Assembly: GCA_040905465.1 (NCBI GenBank)
Contig: JBBDRK010000054.1
Location: 12,697 to 76,696, forward strand
Direction: 5' to 3'
Length of the DNA stretch: 64,000 bases
Source of the DNA: Trueperaceae bacterium
GTDB lineage: Bacteria > Deinococcota > Deinococci > Deinococcales > Trueperaceae
Part shown: positions 10,703 through 20,364 of the stretch, in pieces
Layout: each line of letters begins with the position of its first letter
Numbering within the stretch: the first letter of the stretch is position 1
Notes under the pieces: model-generated
The model's input: only the letters and a program-made list of their open reading frames with translations
Databases searched by the model: none
Told to the model about the DNA's origin: nothing
Program-made: the position numbers and the translations under genes

Positions 10703-13309
10703 ATGGCACCGCTCGACGAGTACCGCAAGAAACGGGACTTCCGGCGCACGCCGGAGCCGGCCGGGCAGGTTTCCGCCTCGCCCGGAGAGGGCGGCGGACT
10801 CTTCGTGGTGCACAAGCACGCGACACAGCGGCTGCACTTCGACCTGCGGCTCGAGCAAGACGGCGTGCTGCGCAGTTGGGCCGTGCCGAAGGGGCCCAGT
10901 CTCGATCCCGGCGAGAAGCGCCTGGCGGTAGAGGTCGAGGATCATCCGCTCGAGTACGGCGAGTTCGAGGGTGTGATTCCCGAAGACGAGTACGGCGGCG
11001 GGACGGTCATGCTCTGGGACCGCGGTCATTGGCGGCCCCGCAAGAAGCCGAGCGACGACCGGCTCGACTTCGAGCTCGAAGGGCACAAGCTGACCGGTGC
11101 CTGGACGCTCGTGCGGATGAGCGGCGAACGGAGCGACGACGGCAAGAACTGGCTGCTCATCAAGCGGAGCGACGAGAGCGGCGCGAACGACGCTACCGAC
11201 GCGGCCGATACGGTCGACGCGAGTGTCATCACCGGCCGCACCATGCGGGAGATAGCTAGCGACCGAGACGCGATCTGGACCGCCAAGGGATCGCAGTCCC
11301 CGTCGCGCCCGCAGGCTCCGGATGCCGGGCGACTAGCGGGTTCTCGCAAGAGGGGGTTGGCCGCGGACCCCCAGCCGCAGCTCGCGAGCCTGGTGGACGA
11401 AGCTCCCGTCGGCGATGACTGGCTCCACGAGATCAAGTTCGACGGCTACCGCATCCTGGCGCGGCTCGAGCGCGAAGGTGACGAGCTAACCGCCAGGTTG
11501 CTGAGTCGCAACGGCAAGGACTGGACCGACCGGTTCGCCAAACTCGCGCCGGTGCTCGCCAGGCTGCCTGCCGACAGCGCTCTCGTCGACGGCGAAGTGG
11601 TCGCCTTTTCCGCCGACGGCAGCAGCAGCTTCCGAAGGCTGCAGGAGGCTCTCAGCGAAGGACGCACCGGTCACCTCGTGTATCAGGCGTTCGACCTGCT
11701 GTACCTGGGCGGCTACGACCTCACCGCCACTCCGTTGTTGGAACGCAAGCGCGCCTTGGCCGGGCTACTGGCGGGAGCCAGTCTGGGCGGCAGTGGAACA
11801 GTTCGCGTCACCGATCACCAGGTGGGAAAGGGACCGGCCTTCTTCGAGCAGGCGTGCGGACTCGGCCTGGAGGGGATCATCAGCAAGCGGCGCGACGCAC
11901 CCTATCGCCCGGGCCGGGGCAAGGACTGGGTCAAGGTCAAGTGCACCCGGCAGGAGGAGCTGCTGATCGGCGGTTTCAGCGACCCCTCTGGCTCGCGCGC
12001 AGGTTTCGGCGCCCTGCTGCTGGGCGGCTATGACGAAAGCGGAAAACTGGTCTATGCCGGCAAGGTCGGCACCGGCTTCAGTGACCGCCATCTGCGGGAG
12101 CTGCACGGCAGGCTCAGAGAGCTGGAGGTAGCAGAGGCGCCCTTCGATTCGGCGCCGTCCGGCCGGGGGGTGCACTGGGTTCGGCCGGTATTGGTGGCGG
12201 AGGTTGAGTTCACAGAGTGGACGCGCGACGGCGCCTTGCGGCACCCCAGTTTTCGGGGGTTGCGCGAGGACCGGGAGCCGGAGGAGATAAGGATGCCAGC
12301 GGCGATGTCGGTAAGCAAGCGGACGAAAGCCGGTTCCGGCAACTCCAAACGCGACGAGGGTGTCGAGAGCGGCAAACCCGTAGGCGAGCGCTCGGAACGA
12401 CGACCCAGGAAGGGTGAGGCCCAGGTGGCCGGGGTGCGGCTGAGCAGCCCCGACAGGGTGCTCTACCCCGAGCAGGGTGTCACCAAGCTGGCGCTGGCCC
12501 AGTACTACGAGGACATCGCCGAGTGGATCCTGCCCCACCTGGCTAACCGGCCGCTCTCGCTAGTGCGTTGCCCGCAAGGTCGCGAGAAGCAGTGCTTCTT
12601 CCAGAAACACCCGGACGAGGCGCTGGCCAAGGACACGGCAAGGGTCGAGATCGAGGAGTCCGACGGGCCGGCTCCGTACCTCTACGCGCGCACCCTGGCC
12701 GACATCGTTTCTCTGGTTCAGGCCGGTGTCCTCGAGTTGCACGTGTGGGGTAGCCGAGTGGATGATGTCGAGCGACCCGACATTCTTGTTTTCGACCTCG
12801 ACCCGGCGCCCGACGTTCCCTGGTCGGAGATGCTGCGCGCAGTGCGCGAGCTGCGTGATCGGCTGGCCGAGCTGGGCCTGGAGAGCTTCCCGCGCACCAC
12901 TGGAGGCAAGGGGCTGCACCTGGTGGTGCCGCTGGAGCGGGGACCGAGGTGGGACGAGGCCAAGGAGTTCGCCCATGCCGTGGCCAAGGCGCACGAGAGC
13001 GACGACCGCCGCCGGATCACCACCAATATGTCCAAAGCCAAGCGCCGCGGAAAGATCTTCCTCGACTACCTGCGCAACGGCCGCGGTGCCACAGCGATCG
13101 CCTCCTACTCCACCCGCTCGCGCGAAGGCGCGCCGGTGGCGGTGCCGGTGCGCTGGGACGAGCTTGGCGGAGCGATGCGGGCGGATCGCTACGACATAAG
13201 CAACCTGAGGCGGCGCCTGGCGGCGCTGAGATCCGATCCGTGGGCGGAGTTCGATGAGGCGCGTCGACCGCTCACCAAGAAGATGCTCGCCCGGGTCGGC
13301 CCGAAGTAG
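10703..13309 (+). CDS. ligD: NHEJ DNA ligase D (phosphoesterase-ligase-polymerase)
   Basis: PE domain (HFDLRLE, SWAVPKGPS), ligase EIKFDGYR and EGIISKR, Pol domain FDLDP, TTGGKGLH, IFLDYLRN. Confidence 0.97.
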   Translation: MAPLDEYRKKRDFRRTPEPAGQVSASPGEGGGLFVVHKHATQRLHFDLRLEQDGVLRSWAVPKGPSLDPGEKRLAVEVEDHPLEYGEFEGVIPEDEYGGGTVMLWDRGHWRPRKKPSDDRLDFELEGHKLTGAWTLVRMSGERSDDGKNWLLIKRSDESGANDATDAADTVDASVITGRTMREIASDRDAIWTAKGSQSPSRPQAPDAGRLAGSRKRGLAADPQPQLASLVDEAPVGDDWLHEIKFDGYRILARLEREGDELTARLLSRNGKDWTDRFAKLAPVLARLPADSALVDGEVVAFSADGSSSFRRLQEALSEGRTGHLVYQAFDLLYLGGYDLTATPLLERKRALAGLLAGASLGGSGTVRVTDHQVGKGPAFFEQACGLGLEGIISKRRDAPYRPGRGKDWVKVKCTRQEELLIGGFSDPSGSRAGFGALLLGGYDESGKLVYAGKVGTGFSDRHLRELHGRLRELEVAEAPFDSAPSGRGVHWVRPVLVAEVEFTEWTRDGALRHPSFRGLREDREPEEIRMPAAMSVSKRTKAGSGNSKRDEGVESGKPVGERSERRPRKGEAQVAGVRLSSPDRVLYPEQGVTKLALAQYYEDIAEWILPHLANRPLSLVRCPQGREKQCFFQKHPDEALAKDTARVEIEESDGPAPYLYARTLADIVSLVQAGVLELHVWGSRVDDVERPDILVFDLDPAPDVPWSEMLRAVRELRDRLAELGLESFPRTTGGKGLHLVVPLERGPRWDEAKEFAHAVAKAHESDDRRRITTNMSKAKRRGKIFLDYLRNGRGATAIASYSTRSREGAPVAVPVRWDELGGAMRADRYDISNLRRRLAALRSDPWAEFDEARRPLTKKMLARVGPK

Positions 13310-13338
13310 GGAAGATGGCGTGATCAAAGGAAGGGGAG

Positions 13339-13557
13339 GTGAGTGACTTGACGACCGAATCTGTAGCTGCAAACGGTTCGCCCTGGTGGCTCGAGCCGGG
13401 GGTCGAGGAGTGCGAACTCTGCCTGCGAAGAGTTCACTACGAGGTGCTGTACCACTGCAGCGAGTGCGACCGGCCGCTGTGCCCGAGCTGTAGCGTCGCC
13501 GTGCTGGAGCGGCGGGTAGTCGTGTGCGAAGGCTGCCACACCGCCGAGTCCGGCTGA
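13339..13557 (+). CDS. Small 8-Cys zinc-finger-like protein
   Basis: CELC, HCSEC, CPSC, CEGCH; GGAGG RBS; TGATG stop/start overlap with ku. Confidence 0.75.
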   Translation: MSDLTTESVAANGSPWWLEPGVEECELCLRRVHYEVLYHCSECDRPLCPSCSVAVLERRVVVCEGCHTAESG

Positions 13558-14333
13558 TGGCGGCGCGGGCGATGTGGAAAGGGGTGATCCGCTTCGGCGG
13601 GGCGGCCGTGCCTGTGAAGCTCTACTCGGCGCTGGAGGACCGGAGCGTGCACTTCCGGATGCTGCACGAGACCGACCATGTGCCGGTGAAGCAGCAGATG
13701 ATCAACCCCGAAACCGACCAGGAGGTGCCGTACGCCGATGCCCTGCGCGGCTTCGTGACCGACGACGGCGACCTGGTGATACTCGAGCCGGAGGAGCTCG
13801 AATCGGTCGAACCAGAAGCCTCGCGCGACATCGATATCTTGAGTTTCCTGCCACCGGAAGCGATCGATCACCGCTGGTATCTGCGCCCCTATTATCTCGG
13901 CCCCGACGGTCCCAGCGAGCCGTACTTCGCGCTCGTGACGGCGCTGGAGCGTGCCGGCCGCGAGGGCCTGGCGCGCTGGACCATGCGCAACAAGGAGTAT
14001 GTCGGGGCGTTGCGCCTGCACCGCGGCTACCCGATGCTGATCGCCTTGCGCAATGAGCAGCAGGTTGTACCGGTCGACGCACTGGAGGCGCCGGCCGGAG
14101 CCAAGCTCGACGACAAGGAGCTGGGTATGGCCCGGCAGCTCATGGAGATGCTGGAGGCGTCGTTCGAGCCGGAGGAGTACCGGGACGAGTACCGAGCCCG
14201 GGTGCTGGAGCTGATCGAGACCAAGGCCAAAGGCGGCGAGGTCGAAACCAGGCGGCGCCGCAAGACCCCGCGCTACGAGGACCTCTCCGGTGCCCTGCGG
14301 GCCAGCCTCGAGAAGGAGCGGATCCGTGCCTGA
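13557..14333 (+). CDS. ku: NHEJ Ku protein, copy 1
   Basis: RAMWKGVIRFG...VPVKLYSA, PYYLGPD, FEPEEYRDEY, LRASL. Confidence 0.92.
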   Translation: MAARAMWKGVIRFGGAAVPVKLYSALEDRSVHFRMLHETDHVPVKQQMINPETDQEVPYADALRGFVTDDGDLVILEPEELESVEPEASRDIDILSFLPPEAIDHRWYLRPYYLGPDGPSEPYFALVTALERAGREGLARWTMRNKEYVGALRLHRGYPMLIALRNEQQVVPVDALEAPAGAKLDDKELGMARQLMEMLEASFEPEEYRDEYRARVLELIETKAKGGEVETRRRRKTPRYEDLSGALRASLEKERIRA

Positions 14334-15204
14334 AGCGAAGAAATCGGAACGACCCCGCTTGCGGCCGTTCTGGTCGGGAACCATAGCGTTCGGACTGGTG
14401 AGCCTGCCGGTGAGCCTGTTCGTGGCGAATCGCGGCAAACGGGTTTCGCTGCGCCTGGTCGACGACGACGGCACGCCCCTCAGCCGCCGTTACCTCTGCC
14501 CGGCCGAGGAGAAGCCCCTGTCGAACGACGAGATCGTCCGCGGCTATGAAGTCGCAAAGGACGAGTTCGTGGTGGTGAGCGACGACGAACTCGACGCCCT
14601 GGCTCCGGAGAAGTCGCAGGAGATAGACCTGCGACGCTTCGTCGCCCTCAGCGGGATCGACCCGGTTTACTTCGAGCGGGCCTACTTCCTGGCGCCCGAC
14701 AAGGGGGCATCGAAGGCGTACCGGCTCCTGGCTCGGGCGATGGAGGAGAGCGGGCGCGCGGGCGTGGCCACTTTCGTGATGCGCGGCAAGGAGTACCTGG
14801 TGGCGATCATCGCCGAGAAGGGGATTCTTCGGGCGGAGACGCTGAGATTCCACGACGAGTTGCGTTCGCCCGAGCAGGTAGGGCTGCCCGCGCTGGAGGA
14901 GGTGGAGGCCGCGCGGGTCGAAGAGTTAGAACGGGAGATCGACGCGCTCGCCGACGAGGAGCTCGACCGGTCCGAACTGGCCGACCGCCAGGCAGACAGG
15001 ATGCTGGAGCTGGTGCAGCGCAAGCTCGAGAGCGGCGACGACGTGGTAGCGGCGCCGGAGGAGCTCGAACCCGAGGAGGGCGACCAGACGATCGACCTGA
15101 TGCAGGTCCTCAAGCAGAGCCTCGAGGAGATCGCGCCGGAGGGAGATCAAGCGGCCGACTCCGGCCGGCGCTCGAAACATCGTGAAGGGAGAGGTGTGAG
15201 ATGA
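14326..15204 (+). CDS. ku: NHEJ Ku protein, copy 2
   Basis: RPFWSGTIAFGLVSLPV, IDPVYFERAYFLAP, KAYRLL, IDLMQVLKQSL. Confidence 0.93.
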   Translation: MPEAKKSERPRLRPFWSGTIAFGLVSLPVSLFVANRGKRVSLRLVDDDGTPLSRRYLCPAEEKPLSNDEIVRGYEVAKDEFVVVSDDELDALAPEKSQEIDLRRFVALSGIDPVYFERAYFLAPDKGASKAYRLLARAMEESGRAGVATFVMRGKEYLVAIIAEKGILRAETLRFHDELRSPEQVGLPALEEVEAARVEELEREIDALADEELDRSELADRQADRMLELVQRKLESGDDVVAAPEELEPEEGDQTIDLMQVLKQSLEEIAPEGDQAADSGRRSKHREGRGVR

Positions 15205-15710
15205 ACACGCACGCGACGAGCGAAGGGATACTGGGCAGCAACGAAGGCAAGAAGCGCGAGAAGATCGTGGAACTGTTGAAACGGGCCTACTTCGCGGAAC
15301 TGGAAACGGTGATGAACTACGTGACCAACTCGATCAATCCCGACGGGGTGCGGGCGCAGGAGATAATCGAGGCGCTCGAGCAGGACATCGGCGAGGAGCT
15401 GCAACACGCCCAGCAGTTCGGCCGGCGAATCAAGGAGCTCTACGGCGTGGTCCCGGGCTCGCACGAGTTCCAGGCGAGCCAGCAGAGCCTCCAGCCGCCC
15501 GCCAAGCAGACCGACGTCGTGCACGTGATCAGAGGGGTGATCGAGGCCGAGACCCGAGCGATCGAACTGTACACGCGCATCGTCGACGAGACCGACCGGA
15601 TCGACCCGGTCACCAACGATATGGTCATCGGCATCCTGCGCGACGAGCAAGGGCATCGCCGGCTATTCGAGGGCTTCCTGCGCGAGTACGAGATGGAAGG
15701 CCTTGCCTGA
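15201..15710 (+). CDS. Ferritin-like (bacterioferritin/DPSL-type) diiron protein
   Basis: E...EELQH and EAE...DEQGH paired motifs; ATGA overlap with ku2. Confidence 0.85.
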   Translation: MNTHATSEGILGSNEGKKREKIVELLKRAYFAELETVMNYVTNSINPDGVRAQEIIEALEQDIGEELQHAQQFGRRIKELYGVVPGSHEFQASQQSLQPPAKQTDVVHVIRGVIEAETRAIELYTRIVDETDRIDPVTNDMVIGILRDEQGHRRLFEGFLREYEMEGLA

Positions 15711-15888
15711 ACAGGACTCAATCTGAACCCGCTTTACGCGGGGTAGAGTGGCCTCGATGCGTGCCGGTAGAGCCGGGCGGTGTCGGCTGGCGCGGCAGAG
15801 GTAGGAGCGCGTGGGCGCCGGCGTTGTCGTCGGCGTATCCTTCAGCGGTCTTACCGGCGCGAGCGATCGCCAGATGACGGGAGTGCCG

Positions 15889-18258
15889 ATGCACGATTTG
15901 CAGGAAGAGACGGCGGTCAGCCGGCCCGGAAGCGAAGATGCGCTATTCGAACGGCACCTGCGTATGGTACGGGTTCTGCTGCTGGCGTTGCTGGCCGTCC
16001 TGCTGCTCATCATCGGATTGAACCTCGCGCTACTCGGGACGGACGGCCTCAGTAGAAGTGGAACCGGCCTGCTGCTGGTCGGGATGTCGATACTGGTGCT
16101 CCTCGCGCTTGCGCGAGTGCGCGTCAGGCGCCTCGGTCAGGCCGTGGGCCTGGTCGTCTTCGGCACGCTCGCCCTGCTGGCTCTGGAAACGGCGGAGGCG
16201 GGCATCTCCGCGAGTACCACCTTCCTCTTCGCCTATACCGTACCCATTGCCTTTGCGGGGCTGCTGGTCGGGCGCCTGGCCCTCGTCGGCACTGCGTTGG
16301 CGAGCGTCGGCATCGTCGTGGGAGTCCACCTGCTGGAGCGCGCCGGCAGCGGTCTCGTCGCTACCGACCCCGACGTCGGCTCGCCGGCCACAGTTGTCAT
16401 AGTGTTCGTCCTGATCGTCGGCTTGTTGTCGTTGGTGCTGGAACGGTTCGGGGTGGAACTCCGGAACGCCCACCAGGCTGCGTTGCGCCGTCAGAGCGAG
16501 CTGGCGCGACTGGTGGCAGTATTGGAGCGCGAAATCGAGGAGCGAAAACAGGCGGAAGTCGCGCGCGACCGCAGTGAGGAGCGGCTGAGCATAACGTCCG
16601 AGGCGGTGGGTATCGGTACCTGGAGTTGGGACCTGGAAACCGGCGAGCTCGTCTGGTCCGATTCAATGAAGGATCTCCTGGGAGTCCCTCGTGACGTAGT
16701 TCCCTCACTCGAACTCTTCATCGAGCTTGTCCATCCGGAGGATCGCCCGGTACTGGCAGAGATGAGTGCGTCACCCGACGAGTCGGTCGAGACAAGCGAG
16801 ATGACCTACCGCCTGCTCAGACGCGACGGCGGCGTGGCATGGGTCGCCGCCCGCTATCGCACCTTTCCAGGCGAGGACGGGCGCGGGCAGCAAGTCGGAG
16901 CGATGTACGAGATAACCGACCGCATGGAGGCCGCCCGAGAGCGGGAAAGCCTTCTCGAAAGGGAACGATCGGCGCGAGCGGCGGCCGAATCTTCGGGTGC
17001 CAAGCTCGCCTTCCTGGCGGAAGCGAGTCACCTGCTCGGGTCGTCTCTCGACTTCGCCGAGACGTTGAGTCGCCTCGGCGGGCTGATGGTTCCCCGCTGG
17101 GCCGACTGGTGCGCGGTAGATATCCTGGATGCCGACGGCAACGCGCAGCGCCTGTCGGTAACGCACCAGGATTCCTCGAAAGTCGAGGCTGCTCACGAGA
17201 TTCAACGGCGGTACCCGTCGCAACCGGACCGGCCCGGAACGGCCGCGACGCTGGCCAGTGGCGTCACCCAGTACCTGCCCGATATCAGCGATGCCGACCT
17301 GCAGGGGGTAGCCCAGGACGGGGAGCACCTGAGAAGACTCCGCGAATTGGGGTTTTCCTCGCTGGTGGTAGTCCCGCTGAACCTGCGGGGTAGAACGTTG
17401 GGAGCACTCAGCCTGGTTACGGCCGAGTCGGGCAAGCGTTACACGCAGGAGGATGTGCTGTTCTTCGAGGAGCTTGCGGGGCGCGCTGCTGTGGCCGTGG
17501 CGCACGCCCGGCTGTTCGCCGAGGTGCGGGAACTGAACCAGGAGCTCGAACGGCGGGTTGAACAGCGCACCAGCGAACTCAGCGACGCCCTGGGTGAGCT
17601 GGAGACCTTCGCCTACAGCGTCTCGCACGACTTGCGCGCGCCGCTGCGCGGCATAGACGGCTTCAGCCAGGCCCTGCTGGAGGATTATGCGGGCCGGTTG
17701 GACGACGAAGCCGTGCAGTATCTCGATCGGATACGCGGCGGGGCGCGCCGCATGGGGGAACTCATAGACGACCTGCTCAACCTCTCGCGCCTGTCGCAAG
17801 GGGAACTGAACGAGGAACAGGTAGATCTCGGCGCGCTCGCAGCCGAGATCGTGGCCGGCCTTCGGGCCGAGCAACCGGACCGTGATGTAACCGTCGAGAT
17901 AGCTCCGGAGCTGCACGCGCGCGGAGACTACCGGCTGCTACGAATCGCGCTCGAGAACATCATCGGCAACGCCTGGAAGTTCACCGCCCTGGCCCAGCAG
18001 CCGCGTATCGAGGTCGGGGCCACCAACGAGAATGGCAGTACGGTCTACTTCGTGCGCGACAACGGTACCGGCTTCGATATGAGCTACGTCGACAAGCTGT
18101 TCGCCCCGTTCCAACGGCTCCATTCACCCCAGAAGTTCGAGGGAACGGGTATTGGACTGGCTACGGCTCAACGGGTGCTGCGCCGTCACGGTGGCCGAAT
18201 CTGGGCCGAGAGCGTCGTGGACGATGGAGCCACCTTCTACTTCACCATCGGAACGTAA
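15889..18258 (+). CDS. Membrane PAS/GAF sensor histidine kinase
   Basis: About 6 TM helices, PAS (VHPEDR), GAF (ADWCAVD), SHDLRAPL, GNAWKF, GTGIGLA; start uncertain. Confidence 0.92.
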   Translation: MHDLQEETAVSRPGSEDALFERHLRMVRVLLLALLAVLLLIIGLNLALLGTDGLSRSGTGLLLVGMSILVLLALARVRVRRLGQAVGLVVFGTLALLALETAEAGISASTTFLFAYTVPIAFAGLLVGRLALVGTALASVGIVVGVHLLERAGSGLVATDPDVGSPATVVIVFVLIVGLLSLVLERFGVELRNAHQAALRRQSELARLVAVLEREIEERKQAEVARDRSEERLSITSEAVGIGTWSWDLETGELVWSDSMKDLLGVPRDVVPSLELFIELVHPEDRPVLAEMSASPDESVETSEMTYRLLRRDGGVAWVAARYRTFPGEDGRGQQVGAMYEITDRMEAARERESLLERERSARAAAESSGAKLAFLAEASHLLGSSLDFAETLSRLGGLMVPRWADWCAVDILDADGNAQRLSVTHQDSSKVEAAHEIQRRYPSQPDRPGTAATLASGVTQYLPDISDADLQGVAQDGEHLRRLRELGFSSLVVVPLNLRGRTLGALSLVTAESGKRYTQEDVLFFEELAGRAAVAVAHARLFAEVRELNQELERRVEQRTSELSDALGELETFAYSVSHDLRAPLRGIDGFSQALLEDYAGRLDDEAVQYLDRIRGGARRMGELIDDLLNLSRLSQGELNEEQVDLGALAAEIVAGLRAEQPDRDVTVEIAPELHARGDYRLLRIALENIIGNAWKFTALAQQPRIEVGATNENGSTVYFVRDNGTGFDMSYVDKLFAPFQRLHSPQKFEGTGIGLATAQRVLRRHGGRIWAESVVDDGATFYFTIGT

Positions 18259-18412
18259 CCGCAGGGGTGCACGTCCGGCAAGCGGGAGGCCCCGGGTAGC
18301 GCACCCGCCCGATCGGCGTCCGGCTCGGGCACTCCTGGCGATCATCGCTGCTCGTCGTCCAAGATCACCCAATCGGCTACCTGGTTACAATCGCCACAGG
18401 CTAGGAGGGAAC

Positions 18413-19078
18413 ATGTACTTCAGGGCGATGATCGCCGAGGCAGTCGGCACCTTCACGCTTGTTTTCGTCGGAGTAGGGGCGATAGCGAACGACGCAGGAC
18501 TCCTGGGAGTCGCGTTCGCCCATGGTCTGGCCATCGCCGTGATGGTAGCGGCCACGGCCGCCATTTCGGGTGGGCACCTCAACCCTGCCGTTACCATTGG
18601 CCTGCTGGCCACCGGCCGCATCGGTGCAGGCCGGGCGGTCGCCTACGTTAGCGCGCAGCTGTTAGGAGCGCTTGCCGCAGCCGGGCTGCTGCTGGCGGTC
18701 CTGCCAGACCTGGTGGTACCGATTGCGATCGGCACTCCTGCGCCGGGGCCCGACCTCGGTGCCGGTCAGGTGCTGGTGGTCGAAGGAGTGCTCACGTTCC
18801 TGCTGATGTTCGTGATCTTCGGCACGGCAGCGGTTCGGGCCGAGCCGCTGGTCGGTGGCCTCTTTATCGGGCTCACGGTCACGCTCGACATTCTCATGGG
18901 AGGACCGCTGACCGGTGCCGCGATGAACCCGGCCCGACACTTCGGTCCGGCGCTCTTCGCCGGTGGAGAGTATCTCGCCCAGTCCTGGATCTACTGGCTG
19001 GCCCCGGTGACCGGGTCGGTGGCGGCGTCGTTGTTGTACCACCACGTACTGAAGAGCCCCGCCGAAGCTGCCGAGTGA
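18413..19078 (+). CDS. Aquaporin (MIP family)
   Basis: SGGHLNPAVT and AMNPARHFGP; AGGAGG RBS. Confidence 0.95.
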   Translation: MYFRAMIAEAVGTFTLVFVGVGAIANDAGLLGVAFAHGLAIAVMVAATAAISGGHLNPAVTIGLLATGRIGAGRAVAYVSAQLLGALAAAGLLLAVLPDLVVPIAIGTPAPGPDLGAGQVLVVEGVLTFLLMFVIFGTAAVRAEPLVGGLFIGLTVTLDILMGGPLTGAAMNPARHFGPALFAGGEYLAQSWIYWLAPVTGSVAASLLYHHVLKSPAEAAE

Positions 19079-19149
19079 CTTAGGTCGCGCCCCGCTCTAT
19101 TCTCCGTTGCGCCCCCTGGTTAGTCTCGCAATGAAGGGGGCGCACCAAA

Positions 19150-19680
19150 ATGATCGAACACCAGGTCCAGCACGACCAGTCGAGTAACCGACCGGTGACG
19201 GCGGGTTACTCCGAGCAACCGGCACCGCTCGGTTCCTATGCCGGCTTCCTGGCGGCATTCGGGGCAGGCTTCCTCGGCTTCCTGGCGGCCAGCCGTAGGC
19301 TCGACCGGCCACTGCCCGAACGTTTCTCGACCCAGGACGTGCTTTTGCTCGGCGTGGCCACCCACAAGCTCACCCGCATCGTCACCAGAGATTGGGTGAC
19401 GAGCCCGCTTCGGGCCCCGTTTACCAGCTATGAAGGCTCGACTGGCGGCGGTGAGGTCAAGGAACGGCCACGTGGCCGGGGCTTCCAGCGCGCCACCGGC
19501 GAATTGCTCACCTGCCCGTGGTGCTTCGCGCCATGGACCGCCGCCGGACTCGGTTACGGGCTGGTATTGGCACCTCGGGGTACCCGCTTCGTAGCGACTT
19601 TGTTCGCTGCGGTTGCATTATCGGACTATCTCCAACACGGTTACAACCGGGTGAAGCAGCTGTCCACCTCTGGGAAATAG
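19150..19680 (+). CDS. DUF1360 family membrane protein
   Basis: ATHKLTR..TRDWVTSPLRAPF, GELLTCPWC. Confidence 0.85.
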   Translation: MIEHQVQHDQSSNRPVTAGYSEQPAPLGSYAGFLAAFGAGFLGFLAASRRLDRPLPERFSTQDVLLLGVATHKLTRIVTRDWVTSPLRAPFTSYEGSTGGGEVKERPRGRGFQRATGELLTCPWCFAPWTAAGLGYGLVLAPRGTRFVATLFAAVALSDYLQHGYNRVKQLSTSGK

Positions 19681-19858
19681 TGTGCCGAAGGGGTACCGCC
19701 GGCTGAGTCAGGTGTCACTCCGCACTCCTACCACATGCTTCTATCATGAACATAGTGTCATTCCTTACGGTGTCGAGCGTGGGCACAGCGGAATTGCATC
19801 ACAGGGGCTCGCGGGGACCGAGGAGGGTCTCGCAGCCCGGGCCCGGGGAGGAGTTGGG

Positions 19859-20269
19859 GTGGGGGAACCGTTCCTGCTGCTGATCGATGAGAATCCCGAC
19901 GACGTCTACCTGATGCTGCGGGAGTTGAGAAGGCTCGAGCCACATCTGCGGGTGCACGTCATAACCGATAGCGCGGTAGCGCTGTCTTACCTGCGGGAGA
20001 CGAACGAACTGCCGGCAGCTCTGCTGCTGGGGCTGAAGTTCATAAGGCTCTCCGGTCTCGAGTTGCTCGCCGAGATCCGCTCGTTGGAGCAGACTCGGAA
20101 CCTGCCGGTCGTGATGCTCACCGCCGGTCGCGAGGAGCGCGAACGGGTTTGTCGTGAGGTTACCGGATCGAAGCCGGTCGCCTGCTTGAACAAGCCGCTG
20201 GACCGCGGCCTGGTCGCGTCCACGCTCGACGCTCTCGGAATACGGGTCGTTCCCGCGTTGGCCGGCTGA
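19859..20269 (+). CDS. Single-domain response regulator, atypical (pseudo-receiver)
   Basis: LLLIDENPDD, LPVVMLT, LNKP; phosphoacceptor position reads LLLGLK instead of LLLDL. Confidence 0.75.
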   Translation: MGEPFLLLIDENPDDVYLMLRELRRLEPHLRVHVITDSAVALSYLRETNELPAALLLGLKFIRLSGLELLAEIRSLEQTRNLPVVMLTAGREERERVCREVTGSKPVACLNKPLDRGLVASTLDALGIRVVPALAG

Positions 20270-20364
20270 GGTTCTCGGCCCGCCGGCGCGGGCACGGGTA
20301 CACGGTACTCGCCTACGGTCGTCTCGCTTTACCGAGGCTAGCCTGAGCCGATGGGGAGGCAGAG

